This document shows, one piece after another, positions 13,831 to 26,189 of a stretch of 64,000 nt of DNA; positions within the stretch are counted from its first letter, which is position 1, and each line of letters begins with the position of its first letter. This stretch comes from Callorhinchus milii. Taxonomy: Eukaryota. Location: NCBI RefSeq assembly GCF_018977255.1, contig NW_024704743.1, positions 11,100,001 through 11,164,000 of the forward strand, written 5' to 3'. A program made the position numbers and the translations under genes. The notes under the pieces were generated by a model. That model searched no databases, was not told the DNA's origin, and worked only from the letters and a program-made list of their open reading frames with translations.

Positions 13831-14917
13831 CATAGGATTTATTGTAAAGTGTAGTGACTGAGTATTTTGCAGGGAAACACAGGAGCCAGTTTGTGCACAG
13901 CAGATTCCCACAAGCAATCCTGGCTAGACACTTTTTAATTGACTTCAAGGTCCTGATCATAGAATCATAGAATCATAGGGGGTTTCAATCCTTAAATGTA
14001 AGAAATCAATCAATGTAAGGCAGCATGAAGCACTTTGTAGGCTCACATTGAATACATAGTTAATTAGGTCATTAGTAACAGCAACAACTTACATTTAATA
14101 TGGCATCTTTCACGCAGGACAGCATCTCGGACTTCTTCGTTACACAGGACCCGTGCAGGAGAGTAATATGTGGATTTGTGCCCAGAAATTCTCCCCAGTG
14201 TCAGGCAAACAATCCTCAAATTCTGTCATGCACTGCATTGCTATGCACAAATTTGCTACCACAATTGCTTACAAATGTGCAGTCTTGAGAGGAATTACCT
14301 GTGAAGAGCTTTGATATAATAGATGCAATACTAAATGCAAGGATTATTACTTTACATGAGGTGTTCCTTTTAAAAGGGATTGGCTTTCTGACAGTTTCCC
14401 AGGTAATCTGACTGAGGGTGGAAACAAATTTCCTGACATCCTGCTGCCGCTTCAGCCAGGATATTGATGATTTAAATGCAATGTGAATTAAACCCTAAAC
14501 GCTCAATGTAGCAGAATGTACAAACCAGAAATGTTTTATTAAAAGTTCTTCCTGTCTGCAGTGTAAATATCCGTCAAACGAATAACTCACGCTACACATT
14601 ACTTCCAGGGTTTGTGATAGGCCCTTAGTTTGGTTTGGATACTCCCTATTTGGTATGAATACTCTTAAGCATGGTGATGAGTTTCCGCGTGTGTCAGACA
14701 CCTGGCTAACACCACCCCACCCACCCCAACTCCCCACCAAAAAAATATTGATAGGCCCTGATTCGTGATGTACTGTTGATATTCTGTGAGCATCAGAAAA
14801 TATACAGCGTTTTCTCATCTTCCTTAGCAGCACTACAACCTGAATAAATCATATCCATTATAATTTGTAAAAGGCTTTCAGGAACTTATTATATATCAAG
14901 ACTTTTTACCTAAGACT

Positions 14918-15088
14918 TAGAACTGTTCCTAAAAGCACAGTACATTTCCTATATGATCTAGTACTATTCCTAAATGCAGAGCACATTTTTCAAATAAATC
15001 TACAATTCCCCAAACTAGACGAAATTTCTCTTATGATCTAGAACAATTTCCAAAAGCAGACCACAGTTCCTTATAATTTGGGAACTGC
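14918..15088. repeat. Degenerate tandem repeat, ~41-bp unit, ~4 copies
   Basis: Unit like tagaactgttcctaaaagcacagtacatttcctatatgatc recurs. Confidence 0.65.
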
Positions 15089-15250
15089 AGTATAGCTTTG
15101 AGTAGTGAGAGCCTTTTCAGGTTATGTGATTTTAATAGGATCGGATAACTCCTATAAATCCTTTGAGATGTTTCAATGATGTGATAAGGTGCTATATGAA
15201 ATACAAGGAAGCATTATTAGCTACCAGAACTAAAAGGAATCTTAAAATAT

Positions 15251-15950
15251 AACAACAACAACAACACGATTTCATTTATAGAGCACCTTTCACGTCGGGA
15301 GGACGTCCCAAGGCGCTGGACAGTTGGGTCGGGACCCAAGCAAGGGGGAAATGGTCAGGGTGAGGGGAGGGAGGGAGCGAGGAGGGGGTAGACAGTCGAG
15401 AGAGGAGGTGAAGGCATGGTTGAAGAGAAAGATCTTGAGACCGAGGATCTTGAAGGAGGAAAGGGAGGAAGTAAGCGAAGGCACTGGGGGATGGAGTTCC
15501 AGAGCCTAGAGGCTGAAAGGTTGAAAGCCCGGCCACCGATGGTAGGGCGGTTAGGGCGGGGGGTGTGGAGCAGACCAGAGCCAGAGGAATGGAGGGTACG
15601 GGCAGGTAAGTAGGGTGATAGTAGGTCAGAGAGGTAGGAGGGAGCAAGGCCGTGAATGGCCTTGTAGGTGAGGATGAGGATCTTGAAATCAATCCTCTGG
15701 GGGATGGGGAGCCAGTGGAGGCGAGCGAGGGTGGGAGTGATGTGGTCGCGAAACCTGGTGCGGGACAGTACACGAGCTGCAGAGTTCTGAATGACCTGCA
15801 GCTTGTGGAGGGAGGTGCCAGGAAGGCCGATGAGGAAAGAGTTCCCGTAGTCCAGCCTTGAGGTGATAAAGGCGTGGACCAGAGTTTCAGCAGCGTGAGG
15901 GGTGAGGTAGTGCCGTAGTCTGGCGATGTTCCGGAGGTGGTGGAAGGCAA
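15251..15950 (-). mobile_element. Young L2 LINE 3' part
   Basis: Near-identical to 11700-12410; (CAA)n tail. Confidence 0.92.
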
Positions 15951-15978
15951 AACAGCTTGAAGAGAAATTATGTCCTGG

Positions 15979-16130
15979 TAATAATAATAATAATTCTTGC
16001 ATTTGATGCAGTGCTTTTCATGTCTTCTAGACGTGTCAAAGCGCTTCACAGAAGAGACTGTAAGGTGAATTGACTATATTTATGGGCGAAACGCAGCAGC
16101 CAATTACGCATAGCAGTGTCCAACAAACAG
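15979..16130 (-). mobile_element. SINE 3' half
   Basis: (TAA)n then cttgcatttgat...aagcgcttcacagaa, the reverse complement of the SINE tail. Confidence 0.85.
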
Positions 16131-16965
16131 TAAACACACCCAGCAATGGACACACACATACACAGTAATGGGAGTCAATGGACACACACACAGCAATGAA
16201 CACACATAGCAATGGGCACACATACATCAATAGACACACAAATACACAGCAATGGAAGCCAATGGACACACGCGCACTCATAGCAATCGGCACACACACA
16301 TACACAGAGCAATGGGCACACACACATACAACAACGGGCACACACACACAGCAATGGTCACACACACAGACAGCAATGGGCACATACACACACAGCAATG
16401 GGAGTCAATGGACACACACACACACAGCAATAGATACACACACACACATACACAGCAATGAGAGCCAATGGACATACACATACTCACAGCAATGGGCACA
16501 CACAGGCCAATGGCAGACACACACAGCAATGGGCATACACACACAGCAATGGGCACACACACCCAGCAATGGGCACACACCCAGCAATGGGCATACACAC
16601 ACAGCAATGGGCACACACCCAGCAATGGGCACACACACACAGCAATGGGCACATACACACAGCAATGGGCACATCCACACGTCAATGGGCACACACACAC
16701 AGCAATGGGCACACACACACACAGCAATGGGCACACGCACACACAGCCAGTGGACACACACACCCAGCAATGGGCACACGCACACAGCAATGTGCAAACA
16801 AACACAGCAAAGGGAAATCTCACACACAAAACAATGGGAGTCAATGGACACATACACACACAGCAATGGACACACACATGGGAGTCAATGGACACACACA
16901 CACACACAGCAATGGGAGTCAATGGATACACACACACACAAACACAGCAATGGACACACACACAT
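16131..16965. repeat. Compound minisatellite (CA)n-CAGCAATGG(G)
   Basis: Dozens of cacacagcaatgggcacac units, with a gggagtcaatggacac variant. Confidence 0.97.
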
Positions 16966-17334
16966 AATAATAATTGAGTAATGCCTTTAATCCTGCCCAC
17001 ATCTTTTAACCAGGAACTTTCACTGCCCTTTCCAGCCAAAGGTCACCAGCCAACCGAAGACTGAAGCAGAAATATTCTCTTATGTTCATTGAGGCCTCTT
17101 TGCCCTCGGAACCATGTATTCAAAACATCAGAAAGATATTCTGTTAAATAATCAAGTCATTGCAGCAGCTCTAAATGAACTTCCCTCATGGTGATAAAAG
17201 AGCAATGAATTTAGAATGACTGGACTTCCCCAGTATGTGAGGATGCTGGTCTGGGATAATAATTCCATTGTGTTTGAAACTTCTCTTGTCCACTTTGTTT
17301 GAACATTGTTCAGAACCTGGCTTCCTGTGCTGAA

Positions 17335-17801
17335 TGTTGCATATTTGTGGAGTCCTGTAGTTCAGTGGTTAGAGCACTCGCCTTGCAAGCGAGACACCTG
17401 GGTTCAATTCCAGGCAGGGCGAAACCTTGGGCAAGTTTCCTTACTCCACACACCTAATAATAATCTCTCCAAAACAAAACAATAATAAATTGGTCATTTT
17501 CAGTCCATGACTGTTTGTGGGACACTGCTGTGCGCAATTGGCTGCCGCGCTTCGCCCACAAATACGGTCAATTCACTTTACAGTCTATTCTGTGAAGCGT
17601 TTTGAGACGTCTAGAAGATGTGAAAAGTACTATATCAAATGCAAGGATTATTATTATTATTGCTAAAAGACTTAATTGGCAATTGAGAAGCAAGCAAGTA
17701 TAAAAGGATTCTGGGAAAGTGACTGGGCAGATTGTGAAAGTGTGAGGTTCAAATAGGGAATCAGTGAATATAAACTGGGTTTTGGATTTACAAACATTAC
17801 A
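17335..17801 (+). repeat. Gypsy 5' LTR, split by a SINE at 17347-17660
   Basis: tgttgcatatt...[SINE]...gctaaaagacttaattggcaattg...caaacattaca aligns with the 3' LTR. Confidence 0.88.
17347..17660 (+). mobile_element. tRNA-Ala-derived SINE, short form
   Basis: Head gtggagtcctgtagttcagtggttagagc through to the (TTA)n tail. Confidence 0.93.
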
Positions 17802-20755
17802 GTTTCGAGGTGAGGGAAAGAAATAGAGAGAAAGGGGTATTTTGTATCAGGCTAGGCCTGAGAGGAGACCGGAAAAAGGACAGCAAAAGCCTGGGAGTTT
17901 CCCTGTTTAGGGAAAATTTAAACCTGGTTTTCCCTATTTAGGGAAAAAGAGTAGGAGTGGGAAGGTGAAGGAGAGGAGAGAGTAGCATGGAAGGAGAAAT
18001 AGAGGATAAGGTTTATGAAAGCACCAGGAGGCATAGAACAAGAAGTAGGAGCGAAAATGGCAGGGAAGCTGAAAGCAGAGAGAAGGGGAAAAGTAATAGT
18101 AGAAGTGACAGGAGAAATGGTGGTGGAGACAAGAGAAGTGAAAGCAGAGGGAGGAGAAGGGGAAAGGAGAGAAAAGTGGGACAGAGAAGGTGGTAAAAGA
18201 AAGAGAGGAGAAAAGTGAGAAAGCTTTTGTGAAGCAAAGTGGGAAAATAGCAGAGAAAGATAGAGTGGGGAGTGGAAATAAGATGCCAGGGCTGAGAGGG
18301 TCATGGAAGTGGAGACAAAGGTGGCAAAGACACAGCAGGAAGCCATGAGTCTGTGGAGGTAGGACTTAAAGACTCAGCGGGAGGTCGTGGAACTGCGGAG
18401 GTGGGACCCAAAAGCGCAGCGAAAATCAGAAAAGAGGAAGGTGAATGTGAAGCGGGGCAGAGGGCAAGGGAGGAGCTCGGAGAACACGTCCCGGAGATCA
18501 TCAAGAGCAGAAGGAAACAATACCTATGGGGTGCAAAAGGAAAGTGGAAAGAAGGGGGTGGAATCACTGGACAGTGCAAGCCCAACCCCCCAGAAATGAA
18601 GGGTGATGAACGTGAGGAGGCTGGGACAGGGAGCAGCAAAGGAAAGCTGCAGCTCCCTCTAAGGGTGAGAAGGCGACTTCCAGCAGGGGCACCCAAGGAC
18701 CCCCACTCCCCAACCTGCGGTCGGGGGACAAATAAGTGGATGGAAATATAGAAAAGAGGAGGAATACATTATACATGAAGAACTCCATCCTTTTCAAGGT
18801 CCAGGACGATGTGCCATATAATATGGACAGAACGGCTTTCATAAAGAAGGGCTTTGATGGGATGCTGCAGCTCAATAAAGAAAAGCCTAAACTGCGTCTT
18901 TGCAGACAAGGAAACAAGGAGATACGAGGTGACATGCATCTCTTATTATAAGGAAGCGATGAAGCTGAAGGAGATCACCCTCTGGCTTCAAGGGGAGGAG
19001 ATCCTGAGTCTGTATGAGATTAGGGTCCTTTCCCAAGAGGGATTAAGACAAGAAAGGAAAGCTCATCTAAGAATGAGAAACCCTCCCACCAAGTGTGGGA
19101 ATCCGACATCCATATTTTTTNGGAGAAGCACTGTGAGGAGGTGCTCAACATAAGGGACATAAAGAAGGTAGAGGTCTGGACGTCTGAGTGGGAGGTGTGG
19201 CTGAAGCTACACCGGAGAGGTGAAGGGAGTGTTCACATCCCCTCCAGATTTAACATTGAGAACTTCAGGGGCACCCTGTATTATCCCAGACAGCCCCAAG
19301 AGTGCAGGCGGGGCACTACGTTGCAGCCTACACACAAACTGTGTTGGAACTGCAGAAGTTTCGCCCACTTGGCAAGGAACAGCCCTAAGGAAAAAAGGTA
19401 TGACTTGTGTGGAGAAACTGGACATCTTTGCCATACTTGCCCAAGGAGTAGACAGAAACCAATCCCAACCAGTCAACCCAGAGCCCACGTGAGGCAGCAG
19501 GTGACGGAGGAAAAGCAGGCCATCACACAAAAAGGGCCGCACAGGAAGACAAGAAATAGGACAGCAACAGTAGGAGGAGGTTGTGCTGCTTGTAGAGGAT
19601 ATTTTGATACCCAGACAGGCGAACATGAAGTCGTCTTTAGACGACACCTCCTCCGGGAAGACATAGACTCAAGTGAGGAGGAAGGTAGTGAGGAGGAGAT
19701 GGAGGTCACACAGCACCAACTTCCAAAACCTCCAACAACAACAACAATAACTTGGATTTATATAGCGCCCTCCACGCCAGATGGTGTTTCAGAGCACTTC
19801 ACAGTAACGGATCCCGGGGCCGAGCCAGGAGGAGGTGGAGAAAGGTGATGAAAGGCGCAGTCAAAAAGAAAGGTCTTCAGCCGAGACCTGAAAATAGGAA
19901 GAGAGGGGGCGAGGTGAAGGGAGTGAGGAAGGGCGTTCCAGAGCCTCGGGGCGTAGTGACTGAAGGCACAGCCGCCGATGGTGGAGCGAAGGATTCAGGG
20001 GACAAGGAGGAGACCAGACCCGGTGGAACGAAGGCATTGGGTACTGTTGTGAGGAGAGAGGAGGTCAGAGAGGTAGGGGTGTGCAGAGGAGTGGAGGGAT
20101 TTGAAGACAAGAATGAGGATCTTGTAGTTGATCCTCTCTGGGGCAGGCAGCCAGTGCAGTCTGGCAAGGATTTGGGTGACAAGGAGGAGGCCAGACCCGG
20201 TGGAGCAGTGTTCTTTAAGATAGAATATTGATGAACAAAAGGATTCCGGAAAAGAGGGACAGTGGCAGGTGGCTGGCAAAAAGGCACAAGAGAAAAAGAA
20301 GAAGAGGATGAAAAAAAAGGAGATTGAGACCAGGGATAGTGAAAGCTTGCAAACGACAGTACAAAAGAAAAGGCAGAAAGGTTTTTGCCAGATCCCCAAC
20401 TAAAACAGTGAGGGGGCTGGAGATGGAGAGACTAAGGTAAAGGCCTAAGGGACTAGGCCCAGACCCCTCTATTCGAGAAGATTGTGAGAAAGTAGTGGCC
20501 GGCACAAGAAAACAGTAGATGCTTTTTCTTTTTTCTGTTGCGGGTGTGATTTCTTCCACGAGGCAAGTGGGATGTATTGTTTTAGATGTTTGCTTGGGAA
20601 ACAAAAAGGCGGAGCTGAAGCACATTGTCACCAGGATTGAAACATATTTTCGAAAGTTGTTTTTTTTTCTGTGATAGGTGTTTTTTTTTATGAGAAAGGT
20701 TTGAGTATATTTATTTTTTAATATACCAATAAATATATATTTGTTTTTTAAAAAA
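17802..20755 (+). mobile_element. ORF1-only Tx1/L1-clade-like retroelement (ZCCHC3-like gag), degenerate
   Basis: Frameshifted ORF with YEVT...RMRNP, VWTSEWEVWLKL...HIPSRFNIENFRGTLYYPRQPQECRR and knuckles CWNCRSFAH and LCGETGHLCHTCP; AATAAA at 20728 and a short A-run; flanked by 37-39-bp direct repeats; no endonuclease or RT motifs seen. Confidence 0.75.
19733..20210 (-). mobile_element. L2 LINE 3' end (second subfamily) inserted in the ORF1 element
   Basis: (CAA)n tail; LARLHWLPAPERINYKIL; tail type gcgccctccacgccagatggtgt. Confidence 0.88.
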
Positions 20756-20792
20756 AGTGAATCTAAACTGTTCTGGATTTACAAACATTACA

Positions 20793-20806
20793 AGGTGTCA
20801 GAAGTG
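20793..20806 (+). promoter_or_regulatory. Gypsy primer-binding site, tRNA-Leu type
   Basis: aggtgtcagaagtg directly after LTR-end CA; matches TGGTGTCAGAAGTG, the complement of the 3' end of vertebrate tRNA-Leu(CAA), with one mismatch. Confidence 0.8.
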
Positions 20807-21073
20807 AAAACGGAACCTGGAGTGAAATGGACTACGAATTGAATACGGATTGAAAAGCAAAATGCCGGGAGAAGCCGAATTGAATGCAATACCAAGGCAT
20901 GTGCAAATACCAAGACCACTGAAGTTAGATGTAAGTTTAAGGCACAATTGACAACGGTTTGAAAGAGTCTTTAACATTTTTGGATTAGCAGCAAAGTAAA
21001 ACTGCTGCAGGAACAACAACTGTGGCAGGTGAGGAAGCAAGCGAATATTTTGCAACCCTAGAAAGAGAGGTGG

Positions 21074-21076
<3 letters not shown>

Positions 21077-21126
<50 letters not shown>

Positions 21127-21399
21127 TTCCTTGCATTTGATATAACGCGTTTTACATCTTCTAGACATCTCAAAGGGCTTCACAGAATAGACTGTAAAGT
21201 GAATTGACTGTTCATTTGTGGGTGAAATGCGGCAGCTAATTGCGCGCAGCGGTGTCCCAAAACAGTCGTGGTTTGAAACAACCAATTTTTTTTTTAAGGG
21301 TTTATTATCAGGTGTGTGGTGTAAGGAAACTTACCCAAGGTTTCACCCTGCTGGGAATTGAACCCAGGAGCGAGCGCTCTAACCACTGAGCTACAGGAC
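21077..21399 (-). mobile_element. tRNA-derived SINE inserted in Gypsy gag
   Basis: Long (AAT)n tail; head gctctaaccactgagctacaggac. Confidence 0.92.
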
Positions 21400-24300
21400 A
21401 TGTCAGTGAATGAGATGATGACTATTATGATGCAAAGATGCTGTGGGGAAAATAATGTGATAATTGACCGACTTAAGTTTGGAAAAAAAGCAGAGACCCA
21501 CAGAATCATTCAATCAGTACTGAGATCCCTAAGTAAAAATTGCAATTATGGAACATTAAGAGAGGAACTGGTACGGGACCAGATTGTAGTTGGCATAAAA
21601 GATAGTAGATTAAGAGGAAAGCTTTTGAAAAAAGAGGATCTGACTTTAGAATCGGCAATGGAGATAATAAGGATTGAAGAGGTGACAAAAATAAATATGA
21701 GAGATATGGAGAGAGAAACAGAAATGGAAATAGATGAGCTAGCCAACAGAGAAAGTTGGAATGATACAGATGAAGAGTATGGCATGCAGAAAATATACAG
21801 GCCAAGAGGGAGGCTAACCAGAATGGACAAATGTGGCAAATGTGGATTAGAACATTCCTATGAGGAGATGTCCCACAGAAGGAAAATAATGCTATCAATG
21901 CCAAAGATATGGGCATTATGCAAGGTTATGCAGGAATAAACAACAAGAACATGTAGAGAGATATAGCAGATATAAAGCACAGGAGAAAAGTCAAAGAGAA
22001 AGAAGAGAATACAATAGGCCAAATAATCTGAGGAGAACCAGAATTGGGCAAATTAAATCAAGGGAATGTGAAAGGAGAGAGCTCAGACATAGAATCCAGA
22101 GAAAGTGAACATACAATATTGAAGCATAAAGAGAGTACACACAAAAGAAAAATTAAGTGGATGTATATCTATGGTGTGTAAAAAAAAGGGAAGTCATTCA
22201 GTGAAAATTAGATACAGGAGCACAGGCTAGTGTAATGGCATGGGAAGAATATATAAAATTGAGAGAAACAAATAATGAAAAAATGAAGAAAAGGAAAGGT
22301 AAACTAATGGAATATGACAAAAAAAAAATTGAAACAGAGGAAGAGTAGAGATAAAAGTGATCTGCAAAGGGAGACAATATAGAATAAAATTCTACATTGT
22401 AAAAATAAAAGCTGATACTTTATTCGGACTGGAAGATATAATAAAAATGGGAATATTAAAAAGAATTGGGAATGTGAAAATAGAGGAGAGTGAACCAAGG
22501 GAGATGAAAGAAATAGTAGGAAAATATAAACAGGTGTTCAGAAACGGAGGATTAACTAAAGGAGATTGAAAGGGACCGAAGAATAAAAAAAGGTGGACAA
22601 ACCCACTGAGTGGGTGAGTGCAGTGTTAAACATAGAGAAACCAGACAAATCATTAAAGATATGTTTAGATCCACAATAGTTAAACAGGGCTATAAAAATG
22701 GAACATTATACACTTTAGAAGATGTACATACTTTACTACATGGAGCTAGTTACTTCTCAATATTAAATTGCTCCTCAGGGTACTGGCAAGTCAAATTGTC
22801 AAAGGATAGTATGTATTTGACAATGTTTGACACCGTATGGGAGGTATTGCTTCCAAAGAATGCCCTTCGGCATCAAGTCAGCAGAGGTGTTTCAGAAAAA
22901 AATGTCACAAAGATTGGAAGAAATACCAGGGGTGATCAATTATATTGACAACATTTTGATATATGGTAAAAACATGGAAAGAACACGATAAAAGGTTGGA
23001 GAAGGGATTTAAAAAATGTGTGGAAGAAAATATAAAGCTAAACAAAGAAAATGAGTAAGGGAAGTAAAATACTTAAAACATATAATTACCCAAGAAGTGT
23101 TAAAAATTGATCAGCAAAAGGTAAAGCCAATAACAAAAATGCCTGCACCAATAAATAAAAAAGAAGTAAAAAGGCTCATGGGAATGGTAAATTGGGTGGC
23201 AAGATTTATTCCAAAAGTAATTCAAATAATGGAGCCAATAAGGGAGGTGATAAAAGAAAAAAGATTGTTCATATGGGAAAAAGAACACAAAAAAGCATTT
23301 CAGCAAATAAAAGAGGCTATAACAAAAGCTCCAGTGTTAAAATTTCATGATGTTTCATGATGCGCCGTTAAAATATCTTTAGATGCAAGTAAAATAGGGT
23401 TAGGAGCGATGTTAACTCAAGAAGAATAAACTGTAGATATGCATCGAGAGCTCGATCAGAGCTAAAATATGCACAAATCGAGGAGTGTTTAGCAGTCGTA
23501 TTTGGATGCAAAAGGTTTAAACAATATGTATTTGGAAAGAAAGTAATAATCGAAAATGATCACAAACCATTAGAGGCAATTTTTTGGAAGGGACTAAACG
23601 AAACACTGCCTGGATTACAGAGAATGAGAATACGGCTACAAGGGTACAATTTAGAGTTTAGATATAATCCAGGGAATACCCTATAAGTGGCAGATACACT
23701 AAGTAGGGCCACATGTCAAAATGAGAAGAAGGAGGATCAACAATGAAAAAAGGAAATGGAGTTCTAGGTAAGGGAAATCACAAAAGCAACAAGACTACAG
23801 AATGAAATAATAGAAGCAAACATAAAAAGATAAAGTGAGTAAGGAAATTCAAATAGAAAGGATGCCCAGAGGAGGTACGACCATATTGGGAGTGTAGAAA
23901 TGAAATATCAGAAAAAATGAATAATATATAAAGGACATAGGACAATAATTCCAAGAGAGCTAAGAAAAAAAATGTTGAGGGACTTATATGAAGGCCATTG
24001 GGGAATAGAAAAAGTGAAGAGAAGAGCAAGAGAAGTAGTATTTTGGCCGGGCATAAGCAAACAAACAAAGTGTGAGACATGCGCAAGACATCAAAATAGA
24101 GAAAGACATGAACCTTTAATGGGGCATCAGAGACCAAACACAGCATGGACAAAAATAGTAACAGATTTGGTCTGTTAGAATGGGAAAGATTATTTTTCGG
24201 TAGGAGATTATACCTCATGATATAATGAATATGCAGAATTGAATTATACAACTGCAGAAATAGTAATAGACCAGACTAAAAAAAATATTAACCAGGCATG

Positions 24301-24436
24301 GAATACCAAGGGATTTAATAAACAATAATGGGCCACAATTTGCGAGTGCTGAATATAAAAAGTTCACAAATCAGTGGGACATAGACCACAGAACCCCATC
24401 ACCGGGCGGTGGAAAGAATAATACAGAATAATACTT

Positions 24437-24768
24437 TGTGGAGTCCTGTAGCTCAGTGGTTAGAGCACTCGCTTTGCAAGTGAGAGACCTGAGTTCAATT
24501 CCAGGCAGGGCAAAACCTTGGGCAAGTTTCCTTACTCCACACAGAGCCTAATAATAATCCCTCCAAAACCAAAAACAATGATAAATTGGTCATTTTTAAT
24601 CTACGACTGTTTGTGGGACATTGCTGTGTGCAATTGGCTGCCGCGTTCGCCCACATATATACAGTCAATTCACTTTACAGTGTGTTCTGTGAAGCGCTTT
24701 GGGACGTCCTCCTGACGTGAAAAGCACTATATCAAATGCAAGGATTATTATTATTATTATTATTATTA
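24437..24768 (+). mobile_element. Young tRNA-derived SINE (short form, L2-type tail loop) inserted in Gypsy integrase
   Basis: Near-identical to 40497-40814; integrase frame ERII/QTIKRM resumes after it. Confidence 0.95.
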
Positions 24769-25278
24769 CAGACAATAAAGAGAATGTGGAAGATAGCCGA
24801 GGAATCAAAGGAAGATAAACATTTGGCATTACTAGCCAAATACTGATAGATGACCGGGACAGTCACCGGCACAGGTTATGAGATGGGTTAATATGGGAGC
24901 AAACAGAATTGAGAGCGCAGGTACAGAGAAAAAGAAATTGGAAGAAACAAGGGCAAAAGCCACAGAAGAAACAAACTTTCAAAAAAGGAGAAACTGTATG
25001 GTTTTGGAGGAAAAACGTAAACTCAAAAGGCTGGATAAAAGGAAAAAAATGGGGAAGGATAGAACCCCAGATCATGTTGGGTAAAAGATGAAAGGGGAAA
25101 GATATATAAGTGAACACCAAACTAAGAAAAATAAAGAAAATACAGAAGGAAAAGCAGAAGGAAGATCAAAGAGTGGCAGAAACGGTAAGAACAAACAGAT
25201 GATGAAGAGAAATAAAAAGACTTCAAAGAACGATAGAACAAGATTGGGAAAAAAAAGAAGAAACTAAAAGAAAGAAGA

Positions 25279-25422
25279 TGTTGCCTATTGTTTTAAGCCT
25301 TATTTGGCAATTGGACATTGACAATGTGAAGCAAGGAAGCATAAAAGGCTTCTGGGAAAGTGTAAGGTTTAAATAAAGGAACCAATGAATCTAAACTTAG
25401 TTCTGGATTAACAAACATTACA
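25279..25422 (+). repeat. Gypsy 3' LTR (144 bp) preceded by a polypurine tract
   Basis: aaaagaaagaaga then tgttgcc...caaacattaca, followed by the TSD ctgaa. Confidence 0.9.
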
Positions 25423-26189
25423 CTGAAGATCAGTTCATCAAGTGCAGACTTGGAGCAGGAAATTCCACCCGGGTCTAGATTTTCTCTATTTTCTCAGTGG
25501 TCCAGAGTACCCAGAATTCAACAAGTTGTCAGATTCATTTTGAAGCCACTTATGTAGGTCTTGAAAGAAAATCAGCTTCAAAATTAAGCCTGTATATAAA
25601 AAAATTGCCAAATCCTGGATGCTCTGAAATGCTACGAAAACAGATTAAACCTCGACCCAAGTGGAATTTCTCTCTCACAGAGAGAGAACCGTTTCCACTC
25701 TTTCCCAATTCATTTGTATTTCTGACAATAAGCATTGAATAAACACCTGCATTGAAACACAATATGTGCCCAATTGCGGTGCACAAATTGCCTAGCACAT
25801 TCACCTATAAAATGCAGTCATTACACTCTACTCTACAGTAAGTCCTGTGAGGCATTTTGAGATGTTTTGCTGATGTGATAAAGCGCCACGTCAAATCCAA
25901 GGATTTTTTTTAATATGAAGGAGTGAATTGAAATCCTGGGATAAGTTTTATTTTGCTTGGATTCGTTCATATCTACACGGTGCCAAGTACAATAATTCTA
26001 TTTTAACTGCCTTTATAACATGACAAAACAAGGCGTCGCCACTCTAGAACCTCCATCAGAATATTATGATCGATCCTGTTTAAGAATATTTTAAAAAATG
26101 GATGTTGCAAGATACGCCTAGGACCAAGATCATGAAAATGTGCTGCTGAACTTGTTAGCATCTCTTGTTCACATATTTGCACACATATC

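Larger units (their letters stand above)
17335..25422 (+). mobile_element. Full-length degenerate Ty3/Gypsy LTR retrotransposon (Mag-like) with nested insertions
   Basis: TSD ctgaa at 17330-17334 and 25423-25427; TG...CA LTRs; gag (RDQIVVGIKD, two CCHC knuckles), protease LDTGA at about 22208, RT (YIDN for YIDD), RNase H (DASKIGLGA, DHKPL), integrase (GHWGIEK...CETC, GPQF) in Gypsy order; many stops and frameshifts. Confidence 0.93.

Noticed and set aside
16036..17039. Long His/Thr/Gln-rich and Cys/Val-rich ORFs on both strands
   Set aside because: They are translations of the (CA)n-CAGCAATGG minisatellite, open in many frames because the unit lacks stops.
18736..19848. Functional ZCCHC3-like host gene
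   Set aside because: Frameshifts, damaged knuckles and an L2 insertion; it lies inside a TSD-flanked insert. An ambiguous base at 19121 also limits reading.
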